Shown in pieces: positions 7,931 through 21,047 of a stretch of 37,499 nt of DNA. The DNA lies in NCBI GenBank assembly GCA_014799735.1, contig JAAVHL010000010.1, positions 1 through 37,499 on the forward strand. The letters are read 5' to 3'. A model generated the notes under the pieces. The model ran no database searches and was not told the origin of the DNA. It saw only the letters and a list, made by a program, of their open reading frames with translations. How positions within the stretch are numbered: position 1 is the first letter of the stretch; every line of letters starts with the position of its first letter. A program made the translations under genes and the position numbers. Origin of the DNA: Ruminococcus sp. (GTDB lineage: Bacteria; Bacillota; Clostridia; Oscillospirales; Ruminococcaceae).

Positions 7931-9304
7931 ATGGCAGAAAAAAGTATGGATAAGATCGTTGCGCTCTGTAAGGGCAGAGGCTTTGTATACCCGGGCTCCG
8001 AGATCTACGGCGGACTTGCTAACACTTGGGATTACGGCCCTCTCGGCGCGCTTCTGAAAAACAATATCAAAAACGCATGGCTGAAAAAATTCGTGCAGGA
8101 ATGTCCCTATAACGTTGGCTTGGACAGCGCTATCCTCATGAACCCCCAGACTTGGGTCGCTTCGGGACACCTTGGCGGCTTCTCCGACCCGCTTATGGAC
8201 TGCCGCGAGTGCAAAACAAGACACCGTGCCGACCAGCTTATCGAGTCCCAGACCGACACCAACCCCACAGGCTGGACTAACGAGCAGATGAGCGAATTTA
8301 TCGAAAACAATGACATAAAGTGCCCCAACTGCGGAAAGAAAAACTTTACCCCTATCCGTCAGTTCAACCTGATGTTCAAGACCTTCCAGGGCGTTACCGA
8401 GGACTCCAAGGCGGAGCTTTATCTCCGTCCCGAGACCGCGCAGGGTATCTTCGTAAACTTCGCCAACATTCAGCGTACCACAAGAAAGAAAGTTCCTTTC
8501 GGCGTTGCGCAGGTGGGCAAGTCTTTCAGAAACGAGATCACTCCAGGCAACTTTATTTTCCGTGTACGCGAGTTCGAGCAGATGGAGCTTGAATTCTTCT
8601 GCAAGCCCGGAACAGACCTTGAATGGTTCCAGTACTGGAGAGGCTACTGCCGCGACTTCCTGCTTGGTCTGGGTATCAAGGAGGAAAATATTCGTCTCCG
8701 CGACCACTCTCCCGAGGAGCTTTGCTTCTACTCAAAGGCAACGACCGACTTCGAGTACCTGTTCCCCTTCGGCTGGGGCGAGCTTTGGGGCGTTGCTGAC
8801 AGAACCGACTACGACCTTACTCAGCACATCAAGACCAGCGGAAAGTCCCTTGAATATTTTGATCCCGAGACAAACGAGAAGTACGTTCCCTACGTTATCG
8901 AGCCGTCTCTCGGCGTGGAGAGACTGTTCCTTGCCATCGTTTGCGAGGCTTACGACGAGGAGGAGATCGGCGAGGGAGACGTGCGCACAGTTATGCACCT
9001 GCACCCCGCTCTTGCTCCCGTTAAGGCGGCTGTACTGCCTCTTACCAAAAAGCTTAAGGAGCAGGCTACCGAGGTCTACACAATGCTTTCCAAGCACTTC
9101 TCAGTTGAGTACGACGAGGCGGGACAGATCGGCAAGCGTTACCGCCGTCAGGACGAGATCGGTACTCCGTTCTGCATTACCTACGATTTTGACACTCTTG
9201 AAAAGGACGGCTGTGTAACAGTCCGCGACCGCGACACTATGGAGCAGGAGCGCGTTAAGATCGAGGAGCTTGTTGATTATCTCAACAAGAAGCTTGAATA
9301 TTAA
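7931..9304 (+). CDS. glyQS: Glycine--tRNA ligase (class II, single-chain GlyQS type)
   Basis: The protein begins [39 protein letters not shown], contains [25 protein letters not shown], and has a C-terminal anticodon-binding region. It is 457 aa. Confidence 0.95.
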   Translation: MAEKSMDKIVALCKGRGFVYPGSEIYGGLANTWDYGPLGALLKNNIKNAWLKKFVQECPYNVGLDSAILMNPQTWVASGHLGGFSDPLMDCRECKTRHRADQLIESQTDTNPTGWTNEQMSEFIENNDIKCPNCGKKNFTPIRQFNLMFKTFQGVTEDSKAELYLRPETAQGIFVNFANIQRTTRKKVPFGVAQVGKSFRNEITPGNFIFRVREFEQMELEFFCKPGTDLEWFQYWRGYCRDFLLGLGIKEENIRLRDHSPEELCFYSKATTDFEYLFPFGWGELWGVADRTDYDLTQHIKTSGKSLEYFDPETNEKYVPYVIEPSLGVERLFLAIVCEAYDEEEIGEGDVRTVMHLHPALAPVKAAVLPLTKKLKEQATEVYTMLSKHFSVEYDEAGQIGKRYRRQDEIGTPFCITYDFDTLEKDGCVTVRDRDTMEQERVKIEELVDYLNKKLEY

Positions 9305-9315
9305 GACAGAAAAAA

Positions 9316-9345
9316 ATATCGGGGCATTAACGCTCCGATATTTTG
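9316..9345. terminator. Terminator after glyQS, shared with the convergent small gene
   Basis: An imperfect stem, ATATCGGGG ... CTCCGATAT, followed by TTTTG. Confidence 0.45.
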
Positions 9346-9356
9346 CCTGCTGAGTT

Positions 9357-9605
9357 TTATATTTTAAAAACGGCTTTCAGCAGCTTTACCGCAAAGCAGA
9401 AGCCCTGCTTAAATGAGGCACGCTGCGCTTCGGAGATACAGCCCAAGGCGGCTGACTCTACGTTTGAGCGTATCACAGTGTCATCGGAATATGATATGAT
9501 AACTCTGTTCAGTTCATCGTAAGCCGAAAGCAGTTCTTTCGATTCATACACTTTAAATTCATTGCTTTCAAAAAGCGCGTCAAAGCTGAATTCATTGCGG
9601 TCCAT
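9357..9605 (-). CDS. Small hypothetical protein (82 aa from the second ATG)
   Basis: This is the track ORF 9357..9611. The second ATG, at 9605, has better spacing from AAAGGA. A promoter is predicted upstream. No family is recognised. Confidence 0.45.
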   Translation of the reverse strand: MDRNEFSFDALFESNEFKVYESKELLSAYDELNRVIISYSDDTVIRSNVESAALGCISEAQRASFKQGFCFAVKLLKAVFKI

Positions 9606-9637
9606 AAGCATTTCCTTTCAAGTTTTATCATGATTTT

Positions 9638-9666
9638 ATTGTATCATAGTACACTGAAAATTGCAA
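9638..9666. promoter_or_regulatory. Back-to-back divergent promoters sharing one palindromic -35 hexamer
   Basis: TTGCAA (9661..9666) is its own reverse complement. On the minus strand it reads TTGCAA-17-TGATACAAT, with the -10 at 9638..9643. On the plus strand it reads TTGCAA-15-TATATT, which is weaker. Confidence 0.4.
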
Positions 9667-9712
9667 TTAACATACTGTGTATATATTGTTAAATATTTAA
9701 AAACAGAGGTAT

Positions 9713-9952
9713 GTGAATTACATGGATAGAAAATATATCGAACGTCCCCATAAAATGTCAGACGAAGAGCGGAAACGAAAACATATTGAGGCAACCAACA
9801 AGTACAACAAAGAAAATTATAAACAACTAAAAGCCAATGTTAAGCCTGACGATTACAGCCTTATAGACGACTACTGCAAAAAAAATAAAATCAGCAAGGC
9901 AAAGTTCATTGTTGACGCCTGCAAATACTACATTGACAATCACAGCGAATAA
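9713..9952 (+). CDS. Small basic hypothetical protein, possibly a ribbon-helix-helix-like DNA binder
   Basis: A 79-aa lysine-rich ORF (EERKRKHIEATNKYNKENYKQLK...ISKAKFIVDACKYYIDN). An alternative start is the ATG at 9722. The fold call is only an impression. Confidence 0.45.
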   Translation: MNYMDRKYIERPHKMSDEERKRKHIEATNKYNKENYKQLKANVKPDDYSLIDDYCKKNKISKAKFIVDACKYYIDNHSE

Positions 9953-9974
9953 TTAAAAAAGAAAGGAAGCTAAT

Positions 9975-10928
9975 ATGCCCGATACCGAAAACAAAGAACC
10001 GCGTGAGGACATTTCCGCGGAAGAACCCAAAGCAAAAAAAGGCAAATCCTTTATGGATGTTTACCGCGAGGTGAACGAAAGGGAACGCGCCGAGGAACTT
10101 AAACGGCAGAGCGAGCTTGAGGCGGCAAGAGCCGAACGCGAGCGCAAAGAAAGAGACCGCTATGCCGAAAAGCTCAGGCAGGAAAAGCTGGAGCTTTTAA
10201 AGCTTAAACAGGGGGTCATTTCCGAGGAGGACATTCCGTCCGAGGTCAAGGAGGAACGTCACTACACGGTTTGGGAGAGGGTAAGCAATTTCTTTTATCA
10301 CAACAAGATGTACATTATCATAGGCACGGCGATTTTCCTTATTCTGGCGTTCCTTGTGTACGATCTGGTGACGCGGGTCAAGCCCGACGTTACGGTAATG
10401 ATAATCGCCAAGGACGACAGCTTTCAGTTCTATACCGAGAACATTGAGCTGGTTCTGGAGCGGTACTGCGAGGACTATAACGGCGACGGAAAAGTTGACG
10501 TAAGAGTGTTCTACGCTCCCGCGGTAATGGGCGAATCCCAGACCGATCTGTACACGCGCCAGTCCGATCAGACAAAGCTTGTGGCGGAGTTTCAGTCGGG
10601 AGATACGGTCATTATCATTGCCGACATGGAGGCCTGTGAGGAGATCGGCGCAACAGAAGGAGTTTTCTCCGATCTGAGTGAGGTTTTCCCCGACGACGAA
10701 AACGTCACCGAGCTTGGCTATATGCTCAGCGGAACAAATCTTGCGGAGGATATGGAGTATCCCGCGCTTTCCGACGAGCTGTTCGCCGCGTTCAGAGAAC
10801 CCCACGGCGGCATCGGCATGAACGAGGAAAAATTCAGAACAAATTACGAACACGCCGTTGAGCTGTGGACAAATTATATAACGGGCAACGAGATCAATCC
10901 GGCAGCCGAAGATACGGACAACAGCTGA
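9975..10928 (+). CDS. Bitopic membrane protein with a charged coiled-coil N-terminus and an extracytoplasmic domain; function unknown
   Basis: A 317-aa ORF preceded by an AAAGGAAG RBS. It has an E/K/R-rich N-terminal stretch of about 100 aa, a single TM segment (MYIIIGTAIFLILAFLVYDLV) and an acidic C-terminal domain. Confidence 0.6.
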   Translation: MPDTENKEPREDISAEEPKAKKGKSFMDVYREVNERERAEELKRQSELEAARAERERKERDRYAEKLRQEKLELLKLKQGVISEEDIPSEVKEERHYTVWERVSNFFYHNKMYIIIGTAIFLILAFLVYDLVTRVKPDVTVMIIAKDDSFQFYTENIELVLERYCEDYNGDGKVDVRVFYAPAVMGESQTDLYTRQSDQTKLVAEFQSGDTVIIIADMEACEEIGATEGVFSDLSEVFPDDENVTELGYMLSGTNLAEDMEYPALSDELFAAFREPHGGIGMNEEKFRTNYEHAVELWTNYITGNEINPAAEDTDNS

Positions 10929-10954
10929 CAACCATACGAAAGGGGAGCCGCAGT

Positions 10955-11560
10955 ATGAGCAAATTCCGATTTGAGATAAACGTGGAGCCAAAGGACATTC
11001 CAAGACTTGACGACGCCCATAAGCGGGACTGTGCCGACGCTCTGACAAAGGTTATCAATCAGGTGTTCAAGTATACACTTATTTACTCTGCGGGTGTAAT
11101 GGCGTTTTTCGGCGCGTACTCTCTTTTCGGCTTCACGTACCTTATGCGAATGGAAAAAATGCTGCCGCAGATCAATCTTTTCATACCGCTGCTTGCGCTG
11201 GCTGTTTTTCTTCTTGAATTTATCGCGGGTACTATGAACAAGACTGCGCTTATTATTGAAGTTATACTTAATATTCTGCTTATTTTTGCTGTGATACCGA
11301 AGTTACAGACGGTCTGGATAGCTCCTTTCGCGCTGTATGCGGTGGTCGTTCATATCAAGCTTATCACGTTTATACCGTTTCACAAGGTCATTTCGGAGCA
11401 GCCGGGATATCCCGAATTCACGTCTCTGCCTACAAGGGACGAGATCGTGATCAAAAAAGAGGACGTTCCCCCCGCGGAAACCGGCGAAAGCGGCTCGGAC
11501 AGTACCGACAGCGGCGACGCTTCGGACGATAAAAATAATACGGAAACAAAAGAAAAATAA
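10955..11560 (+). CDS. Membrane protein (about 4 TM) with an acidic Ser/Asp-rich tail; function unknown
   Basis: The ATG at 10955 is preceded by AAAGGGGAG. The track start at 10865 overlaps the preceding gene and is unlikely. Confidence 0.55.
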   Translation: MSKFRFEINVEPKDIPRLDDAHKRDCADALTKVINQVFKYTLIYSAGVMAFFGAYSLFGFTYLMRMEKMLPQINLFIPLLALAVFLLEFIAGTMNKTALIIEVILNILLIFAVIPKLQTVWIAPFALYAVVVHIKLITFIPFHKVISEQPGYPEFTSLPTRDEIVIKKEDVPPAETGESGSDSTDSGDASDDKNNTETKEK

Positions 11561-11565
11561 AATGT

Positions 11566-11630
11566 GCCGCAGACTTTGGCGAAAACCGAAGTCTGCGGCG
11601 TTTTTGCGGGTATAGGACATTTTTTCGCGG
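11566..11630 (+). repeat. Intergenic hairpin repeat, copy A (also acts as a terminator between convergent genes)
   Basis: GCCGCAGACTTTGG-CGAAAA-CCGAAGTCTGCGGC, then GTTTTT, then GGTATAGGACATT...CGCGG. By eye it is about 80 percent identical to 17404..17468 in the same orientation. Confidence 0.65.
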
Positions 11631-11652
11631 CAGAGGGCGGTAATGTCATACT

Positions 11653-12852
11653 TTATTCTGCCTGCTCTATGCCGTGCAGTCTGTCGGATATTTTACGTAT
11701 CATTTCCCGGTCGGAATCGAATTTTATCCTGCGCAGTGTCCGTGAATAGAAGCCGTCGCTTACGTCCCATATAACGGGAACGAAGCCGTTGTCGATAAGC
11801 TTGTTCAAAACCATTTCGACGCATTCGGTGGAATCCGTGTATTTTGCGTTTGCCTCAAAGTTTGAAGCGGGATAGCCCGCAGTCGTTTCGCCCATAAACA
11901 CGGGGATATTTTTCTCGGTAAAAGCCTTGTTGAGCAGGTCTATCTGACTGTCGGTATATTTTACCCATTCGTCGCCGCCGATCTTGTTTGTCCAGTACAT
12001 TGCGTTGTCAACATAATGCACCGAGACCATAAGCCTGTCGCTTACCTTGTCCGCGGGCATAACAAATTCGGGGGAAGTTGTATTGTCGATATTCGTCCAG
12101 TAGCCCGAAACGATAAGCACGCGATCCTTGTTTTTTCCGCCCGTACTTCTTACAGCGTCCACAAATGCCTGATTTAAGGTGTTTGTCATTTCGTAAGCGT
12201 CCGCCTTGGAAAGTCCCGCAAGATTTCCGTTTTCGTCAAACTGATCTCCGCCAAGATATTCGTTGTATCCCTCAAATACTACAGTGTATGGATAATCCTT
12301 GAAGTATTTCGCTATCTGCTTCCACAGATTTGTGAAAATTTTCTTGCAGTCCTCGGTGGAATTGCGGCGGATAATAAACTCGTCAAAATGGTGAATGTTT
12401 ATAACCGTGTAAAGTCCCGCGTTCTGGCAGTAATCAACGATTTCCTTGACCCTTGCAATGTAATCGGAATTTATTGTGTATTTCCCATTGTTCTCCATCA
12501 TGTTTCCCCAAAAGACGGGAATTCTCACCGTGTCAAAGCCCTCCGCCTTTATGCCGTCAATTATCTCTTGCGTTGTTTCCACAGCGCCCCAGCAGGTCTC
12601 GTAATCCTTGGGAGTGTTGTTTCCCACAACGGGAATCCATTCGTATGTTACCTGTTCGCAGTTGGCCGCACTGTAAGCCTCCATAGTGTTGCCAAGGTTG
12701 AGACCGATACCCATTTTCTTGGCGACCTCCTGAGCCGTGGGAGAGGCCTCATTGCTTGCCGCCGAAGCGGAGCTTCCTCCGCCCGCAGAACACGCCGATA
12801 TCGACACAAGCATAAGGACAGCTGTAAAAAGTGATATTGCTTTCTTTAACAT
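11653..12852 (-). CDS. Glycoside hydrolase family 5 lipoprotein (endoglucanase/mannanase-type)
   Basis: It has a lipoprotein signal (LMLVSISACS), the GH5-like GIGLNLGNTMEAY, an FEGYNEY acid/base region and an FMGETT nucleophile region. Confidence 0.8.
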   Translation of the reverse strand: MLKKAISLFTAVLMLVSISACSAGGGSSASAASNEASPTAQEVAKKMGIGLNLGNTMEAYSAANCEQVTYEWIPVVGNNTPKDYETCWGAVETTQEIIDGIKAEGFDTVRIPVFWGNMMENNGKYTINSDYIARVKEIVDYCQNAGLYTVINIHHFDEFIIRRNSTEDCKKIFTNLWKQIAKYFKDYPYTVVFEGYNEYLGGDQFDENGNLAGLSKADAYEMTNTLNQAFVDAVRSTGGKNKDRVLIVSGYWTNIDNTTSPEFVMPADKVSDRLMVSVHYVDNAMYWTNKIGGDEWVKYTDSQIDLLNKAFTEKNIPVFMGETTAGYPASNFEANAKYTDSTECVEMVLNKLIDNGFVPVIWDVSDGFYSRTLRRIKFDSDREMIRKISDRLHGIEQAE

Positions 12853-12866
12853 TGTTCAAACTCCTT

Positions 12867-17296
<4,430 letters not shown>

Positions 17297-17323
17297 GGCT
17301 TCCTCCCGAAAATTATTTTTAAC

Positions 17324-17353
17324 ATTATAACATTTATTGACAGGCAGGTCAAT
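17324..17353 (-). promoter_or_regulatory. Sigma-A-type promoter of the GH29-GH2-GH5 operon, with a palindrome over the -35
   Basis: On the minus strand, TTGACC (17347..17352) is followed by a 17-nt spacer and TGTTATAAT, with the -10 at 17324..17329. The palindrome ATTGAC-N6-GTCAAT (17336..17353) overlaps the -35. Confidence 0.55.
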
Positions 17354-17403
17354 AGGTGTTATTATCATTACATAATATTAAAGCAATACCGCACAAAAAC
17401 TGC

Positions 17404-17468
17404 GCCGCAGACTTTGGTGAAGACCGGTATCTGCGGCGTTTATTTTTTGGTATAGGACATTCCCGCGG
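17404..17468 (+). repeat. Intergenic hairpin repeat, copy B (in the divergent promoter region upstream of sigK)
   Basis: GCCGCAGACTTTGGTGAAGACCGGTATCTGCGGCGTTTATTTTTTGGTATAGGACATTCCCGCGG. This is a degenerate copy of 11566..11630. Confidence 0.65.
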
Positions 17469-17501
17469 CGGCATAGGTTTAAATAAAGAAAGCTGTGTTA
17501 T

Positions 17502-17850
17502 ATGGAGTGGGAGAAAATGTTTACCGAACTGATAGAACTTGCGCTGGAAAATCTGCTGTATTTTGCGCTTCACCTTGAATCGGGGGGAGTGTTTCCGAAA
17601 CCGCTTTCCGCCGCCGAGGAGGAGGAGTGCTTCAGAAAAATGCACGAGGGTGACCGCAGCGCAAAAAACAAGCTGATAGAACACAATCTGAGGCTCGTGG
17701 CGCACATTATAAAGAAGTACTACAACGTCACCACCGATCAGGAGGATCTGATCTCCATCGGTACTATCGGGCTTATCAAGGCTGTTTCTACCTTTGATTA
17801 TTCCAAGAAAACGCGGTTTGCTACCTATGCTTCAAGGTGTATTGAAAATG
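17502..17850 (+). CDS. sigK: Sporulation sigma factor SigK, 5' segment (spoIVCB-like: pro-sequence to region 2.4), interrupted
   Basis: The segment reads ...FPKPLSAAEEEECFRKMHEGDRSAKNKLIEHNLRLVAHIIKKYYNVTTDQEDLISIGTIGLIKAVSTFDYSKKTRFATYASRCIEN. It then reads into 33 unrelated codons (IIPCWNTKL...) before the stop at 17948. Confidence 0.9.
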
Positions 17851-18010
17851 CTATTATACCATGTTGGAACACAAAGCTGCCGAATATGTTTCCTCTATTT
17901 TTTAAGGAAAGACAGATTTTTTCGGTGTTCGGAGAGCTTTTAAAATGATTGAAAACAATCTGTATATCCTTTACAAGCTTGAAAAGGCGGCTAATGTTTG
18001 GTGAAAATGG

Positions 18011-18045
18011 AAAAAGTCCTCGGTGCTGAACCGAGGACTTTTTAA
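18011..18045. terminator. Bidirectional terminator separating the truncated sigK 5' transcript from the end of the cargo operon
   Basis: AAAAAGTCCTCGG-TGCTGAA-CCGAGGACTTTTT, with T-runs after the stem on both strands. Confidence 0.65.
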
Positions 18046-18312
18046 ATATGGCAAAAATGTCTGTTTATAGCATTCCGATTTCCGTAAAGCGCTTACTATG
18101 GATAAGCACAGCAGCCGGGACATTTTTTCGGGCGCTTTCCTATTTTTCAATTAAAAATTTCAATGCAGAAAAATCGTTTTGTATACTTGCATAATTTTAA
18201 TTTTTACAATACGATTGATTATGAAAAACGAGATGAATTCGTTGCCGTGCAAATCAGCAGGCGCACAAGTGAATGTCTCAGCTTTCGTTTTACGTCCGCG
18301 TTTTTGTAAATC

Positions 18313-19227
18313 CTACCGCATTTGAGTTGAAAAGCTATTAATTATATTTTCGATGCCGTCCTTAAATTCCATGAGAGGCTCCCACCCCGTATCGTTCCGA
18401 AGCGCCGAAATATCAGCGCACAAAAACATGACCTGCTTCTCTCCGTATGGGATCGCGCCAAGTCCAACCCTGCCTTCGGGAGCAGCAACGCTGCGTATAT
18501 CCTCGATATATTCCGAAAGAGGTCTTGCTTTACCGCTGCCAAGGACATAAACCATGCCGTCCTTTCCTTTTTCCCCCAGCAAAGCAAATGCTTCCGCGGC
18601 GTCTCCGCTGTACAGATAATCCCAATTTTGCTCGCCCTTTGTAAATTGGGGGATTTCTCCGTTTTTAAGCTTCTTCACCGCTGACATGACCATAGTATCA
18701 TCGCCGTCGTTCGGACCGTAAACGCTAAGTATCCTTACCCAGATATGACGAAGCCCCAGCTGGTGAGCAAGGTCACGCGTCATCTGTCCTGCACAAAGCT
18801 TTGCATAGCCGTAACCGTTTTCGGGAAAAGCGGGCGTATCGGGCTTGAGTATACCCTCAACCCTTCCGTATTCCGCCTGTGAACCCGCTCCGATAAACAC
18901 CTTGCAGCCTAACCTCTTTGCCGCGGAAACAGCGTCGAGAGCATACTCCACATTTTTGTTCTGCAGGTACATATCGTTTCTTGCCGAACCGAAAGTCCCA
19001 CCCCACGCCAAATGATAGAAAACGTCATATTCACCGTCGGTTTTAAAATTATGCAGGTCTGCAAGAGAGCAGTACATGACTTCAACAAACGGTGATTTGG
19101 GAATTCGGCTGTTTCTTGTAGAATCCTCCCTTGTCAGCACAAGCACCCGTATTTCTTTTGAGATAAAATTATTTATAAGAGCCGTGCCTATTGCCCCCGT
19201 AGCTCCCGTAATTACAGCACTTTTCAT
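18313..19227 (-). CDS. NAD(P)-dependent SDR epimerase/reductase (CDP-paratose/abequose synthase-like or YerF-like 4-ketoreductase)
   Basis: It has the GATGAIG Rossmann motif and YGYAK (YxxxK). It is 304 aa, has a GAGGTAATAT RBS, and is the last gene of the operon. Confidence 0.75.
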   Translation of the reverse strand: MKSAVITGATGAIGTALINNFISKEIRVLVLTREDSTRNSRIPKSPFVEVMYCSLADLHNFKTDGEYDVFYHLAWGGTFGSARNDMYLQNKNVEYALDAVSAAKRLGCKVFIGAGSQAEYGRVEGILKPDTPAFPENGYGYAKLCAGQMTRDLAHQLGLRHIWVRILSVYGPNDGDDTMVMSAVKKLKNGEIPQFTKGEQNWDYLYSGDAAEAFALLGEKGKDGMVYVLGSGKARPLSEYIEDIRSVAAPEGRVGLGAIPYGEKQVMFLCADISALRNDTGWEPLMEFKDGIENIINSFSTQMR

Positions 19228-19230
19228 ATA

Positions 19231-21027
19231 TTACCTCAAATATTTTATACTTTCAAATTCTTCCCTCGGCAGGAACGGCGCCATATCGTCAAGGGACGGC
19301 GAAACTATTCTTCCGTCAGGCAGTATCTTCGAGGAAGATTTCGGCGCAAAATTCTGCTTCGGATCGACAATCACCTCGCATAAGCAGGGCTCGTTCCCGC
19401 TTAAAGCTTCGCTTATAATTTCGGAGCAGTCCGTTTCGCTGTCTGTCCGCATATACTTTATCCCGAACGCCTCCGCAAGCTTTCCGAAATCGGGGAAGCC
19501 CACGCCGCTGTCCCTGTCAATTCCCACAAAGGGCGGCTTGAAAAGATTGGTCTGGGTTTGTCTTATGGAATGATAACCGTTGTTGTTTATAAGAAAAAGC
19601 TTGATATTAAGCCTGTTGTGTGCTATTGCGGCAAGCTCTTGAACGTTCATCATCAGACTTCCGTCACCGTCAACGCAGATCGTCCTGCCTCCGCATACAG
19701 CCGCTCCCACCGCCGCGGGCAGGGCATAGCCCATTGCCGCACAGCCCGAATTGGCGTACATACGCTGTCCTTGCTTTATCTTTCCGCACTGATAGGTTAT
19801 AACGCTTGCGCTGCCGTTGCCGCAGACTATCTTGTCTTTCGTATCCAAATGTTCAAACAATTTCTCCATAAACACATATGGGTTAAGCAAGCCATTGCCG
19901 CCGTTATAGTAGCTTTCCTCCGCCGCAGGGTATTTTTCAACAAGTTCCCTGCACCACTTGCGCCACGGCTCATGCTTCGGCGAGGGTGTGTACGGTCTTT
20001 CGGCCAGCCTTGTCAGCAAGTCCTTAACGTCCGCGTTTACGGGCATATCCGCCTTTATCGTCGGCTTAGCAAGCTCGTTAGGGTCGATATCGACTATTAT
20101 TTTGTACGCGTTTTTTGCAAAATCGAAATGATTGTATCCGATCATGCGGATATTCAGACGGCAGCCGAGACTGATAAGCAGGTCGCAGTTCTGTACCGCA
20201 AAATTACCCGCTCTTGTGCCGACCGTTCCCGCCATGCCCGCAAAATACGGACTTTCATAGGCTATTGTATCGTTTGCGTTCCAAGCGACCGAAACAGGTA
20301 TTTTCAGCTTCTCAATGACTTTCAGGAACTCCTCCTCCGCGCCGCCGAGACGTATTCCCGTGCCTGCCAGAATAAGGGGAGCCTTTGCCTTTTGTATCTT
20401 TTCCAGAATACCGTCCGCAAGCTCGTCCGTGATCTTGGGAAGCTCCCAGAACATCTCCGCATTGGGGTCAAAGTGGATAAGCTCGTCGGTGTCTATGACC
20501 GCACCCTGAACGTCAAGGGGAATATCTATCCACACGGGACCCTTTCTGCCGTTCATTGCAAGATACAGCGCCTTTTCAAGGTGATAAGCCGTCTCTTTGG
20601 GATTTGTCAGCATTACTGCATACTTTGTCATATTCGAGACCGAGTTGATTATGTCGAACTCCTGGTCGCCAAGCTGTCTCAAATGAAGCTGGGGACAAGC
20701 CGACATGGTGGTCTCGCGCTTGACCTGACCCGAAATAACAAACATAGGAATTGAGTCCAGCCAGCCGCCCATAACTCCTGTTATGGCATTGGTTCCCCCC
20801 GGACCGCTCGTTACGCACACGGCCGCGATCTTTCCCGTCAGGCGAGCGTAGCTCTCCGCGGCGATAGCACTCGCCTGCTCGTGATGATTAAAAAAGCACT
20901 TTATCCCGCCGCAGTGTCCTATAGCATCGTTAAGATGCATAGCCCCGCCGCCTGTTATCATAAAGCAATCGGTAATGCCGTTTTTAACAAAAAATTCCGC
21001 AATATAATCCGCCGCTCTTATCTTCAT
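19231..21027 (-). CDS. Thiamine-diphosphate-dependent enzyme, acetolactate synthase large-subunit-like (YerE-like candidate)
   Basis: The protein begins MKIRAADYIAEFFVKNGITDCFMITGGGAMHLNDAI, contains TSGPGGTNAITGVMGGWLDSIPMFVISGQV, and has a C-terminal GDGS...NN ThDP motif (VDGDGSLMMNVQELA...INNNGY). The ATG at 21027 follows AAAGGA by 9 nt. The track start at 21051 is a TTG. Confidence 0.8.
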   Translation of the reverse strand: MKIRAADYIAEFFVKNGITDCFMITGGGAMHLNDAIGHCGGIKCFFNHHEQASAIAAESYARLTGKIAAVCVTSGPGGTNAITGVMGGWLDSIPMFVISGQVKRETTMSACPQLHLRQLGDQEFDIINSVSNMTKYAVMLTNPKETAYHLEKALYLAMNGRKGPVWIDIPLDVQGAVIDTDELIHFDPNAEMFWELPKITDELADGILEKIQKAKAPLILAGTGIRLGGAEEEFLKVIEKLKIPVSVAWNANDTIAYESPYFAGMAGTVGTRAGNFAVQNCDLLISLGCRLNIRMIGYNHFDFAKNAYKIIVDIDPNELAKPTIKADMPVNADVKDLLTRLAERPYTPSPKHEPWRKWCRELVEKYPAAEESYYNGGNGLLNPYVFMEKLFEHLDTKDKIVCGNGSASVITYQCGKIKQGQRMYANSGCAAMGYALPAAVGAAVCGGRTICVDGDGSLMMNVQELAAIAHNRLNIKLFLINNNGYHSIRQTQTNLFKPPFVGIDRDSGVGFPDFGKLAEAFGIKYMRTDSETDCSEIISEALSGNEPCLCEVIVDPKQNFAPKSSSKILPDGRIVSPSLDDMAPFLPREEFESIKYLR

Positions 21028-21047
21028 ACGAAGCAGTCCTTTCATGA

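Noticed and set aside
17851-17948. Continuation of the sigK 5' ORF into the element (IIPCWNTKLPNMFPLFFKERQIFSVFGELLK)
   Set aside because: These 33 codons have no similarity to sigma factor regions 3 and 4 and simply read through element DNA to the first stop. This is not a distinct gene or domain.
18100-18135. GGACATTTTTTCG 13-mer shared with repeat copy A (11614..11626), suggesting a third repeat copy inside the element
   Set aside because: Only 13 nt match and the hairpin part of the repeat is absent. This is within chance expectation.
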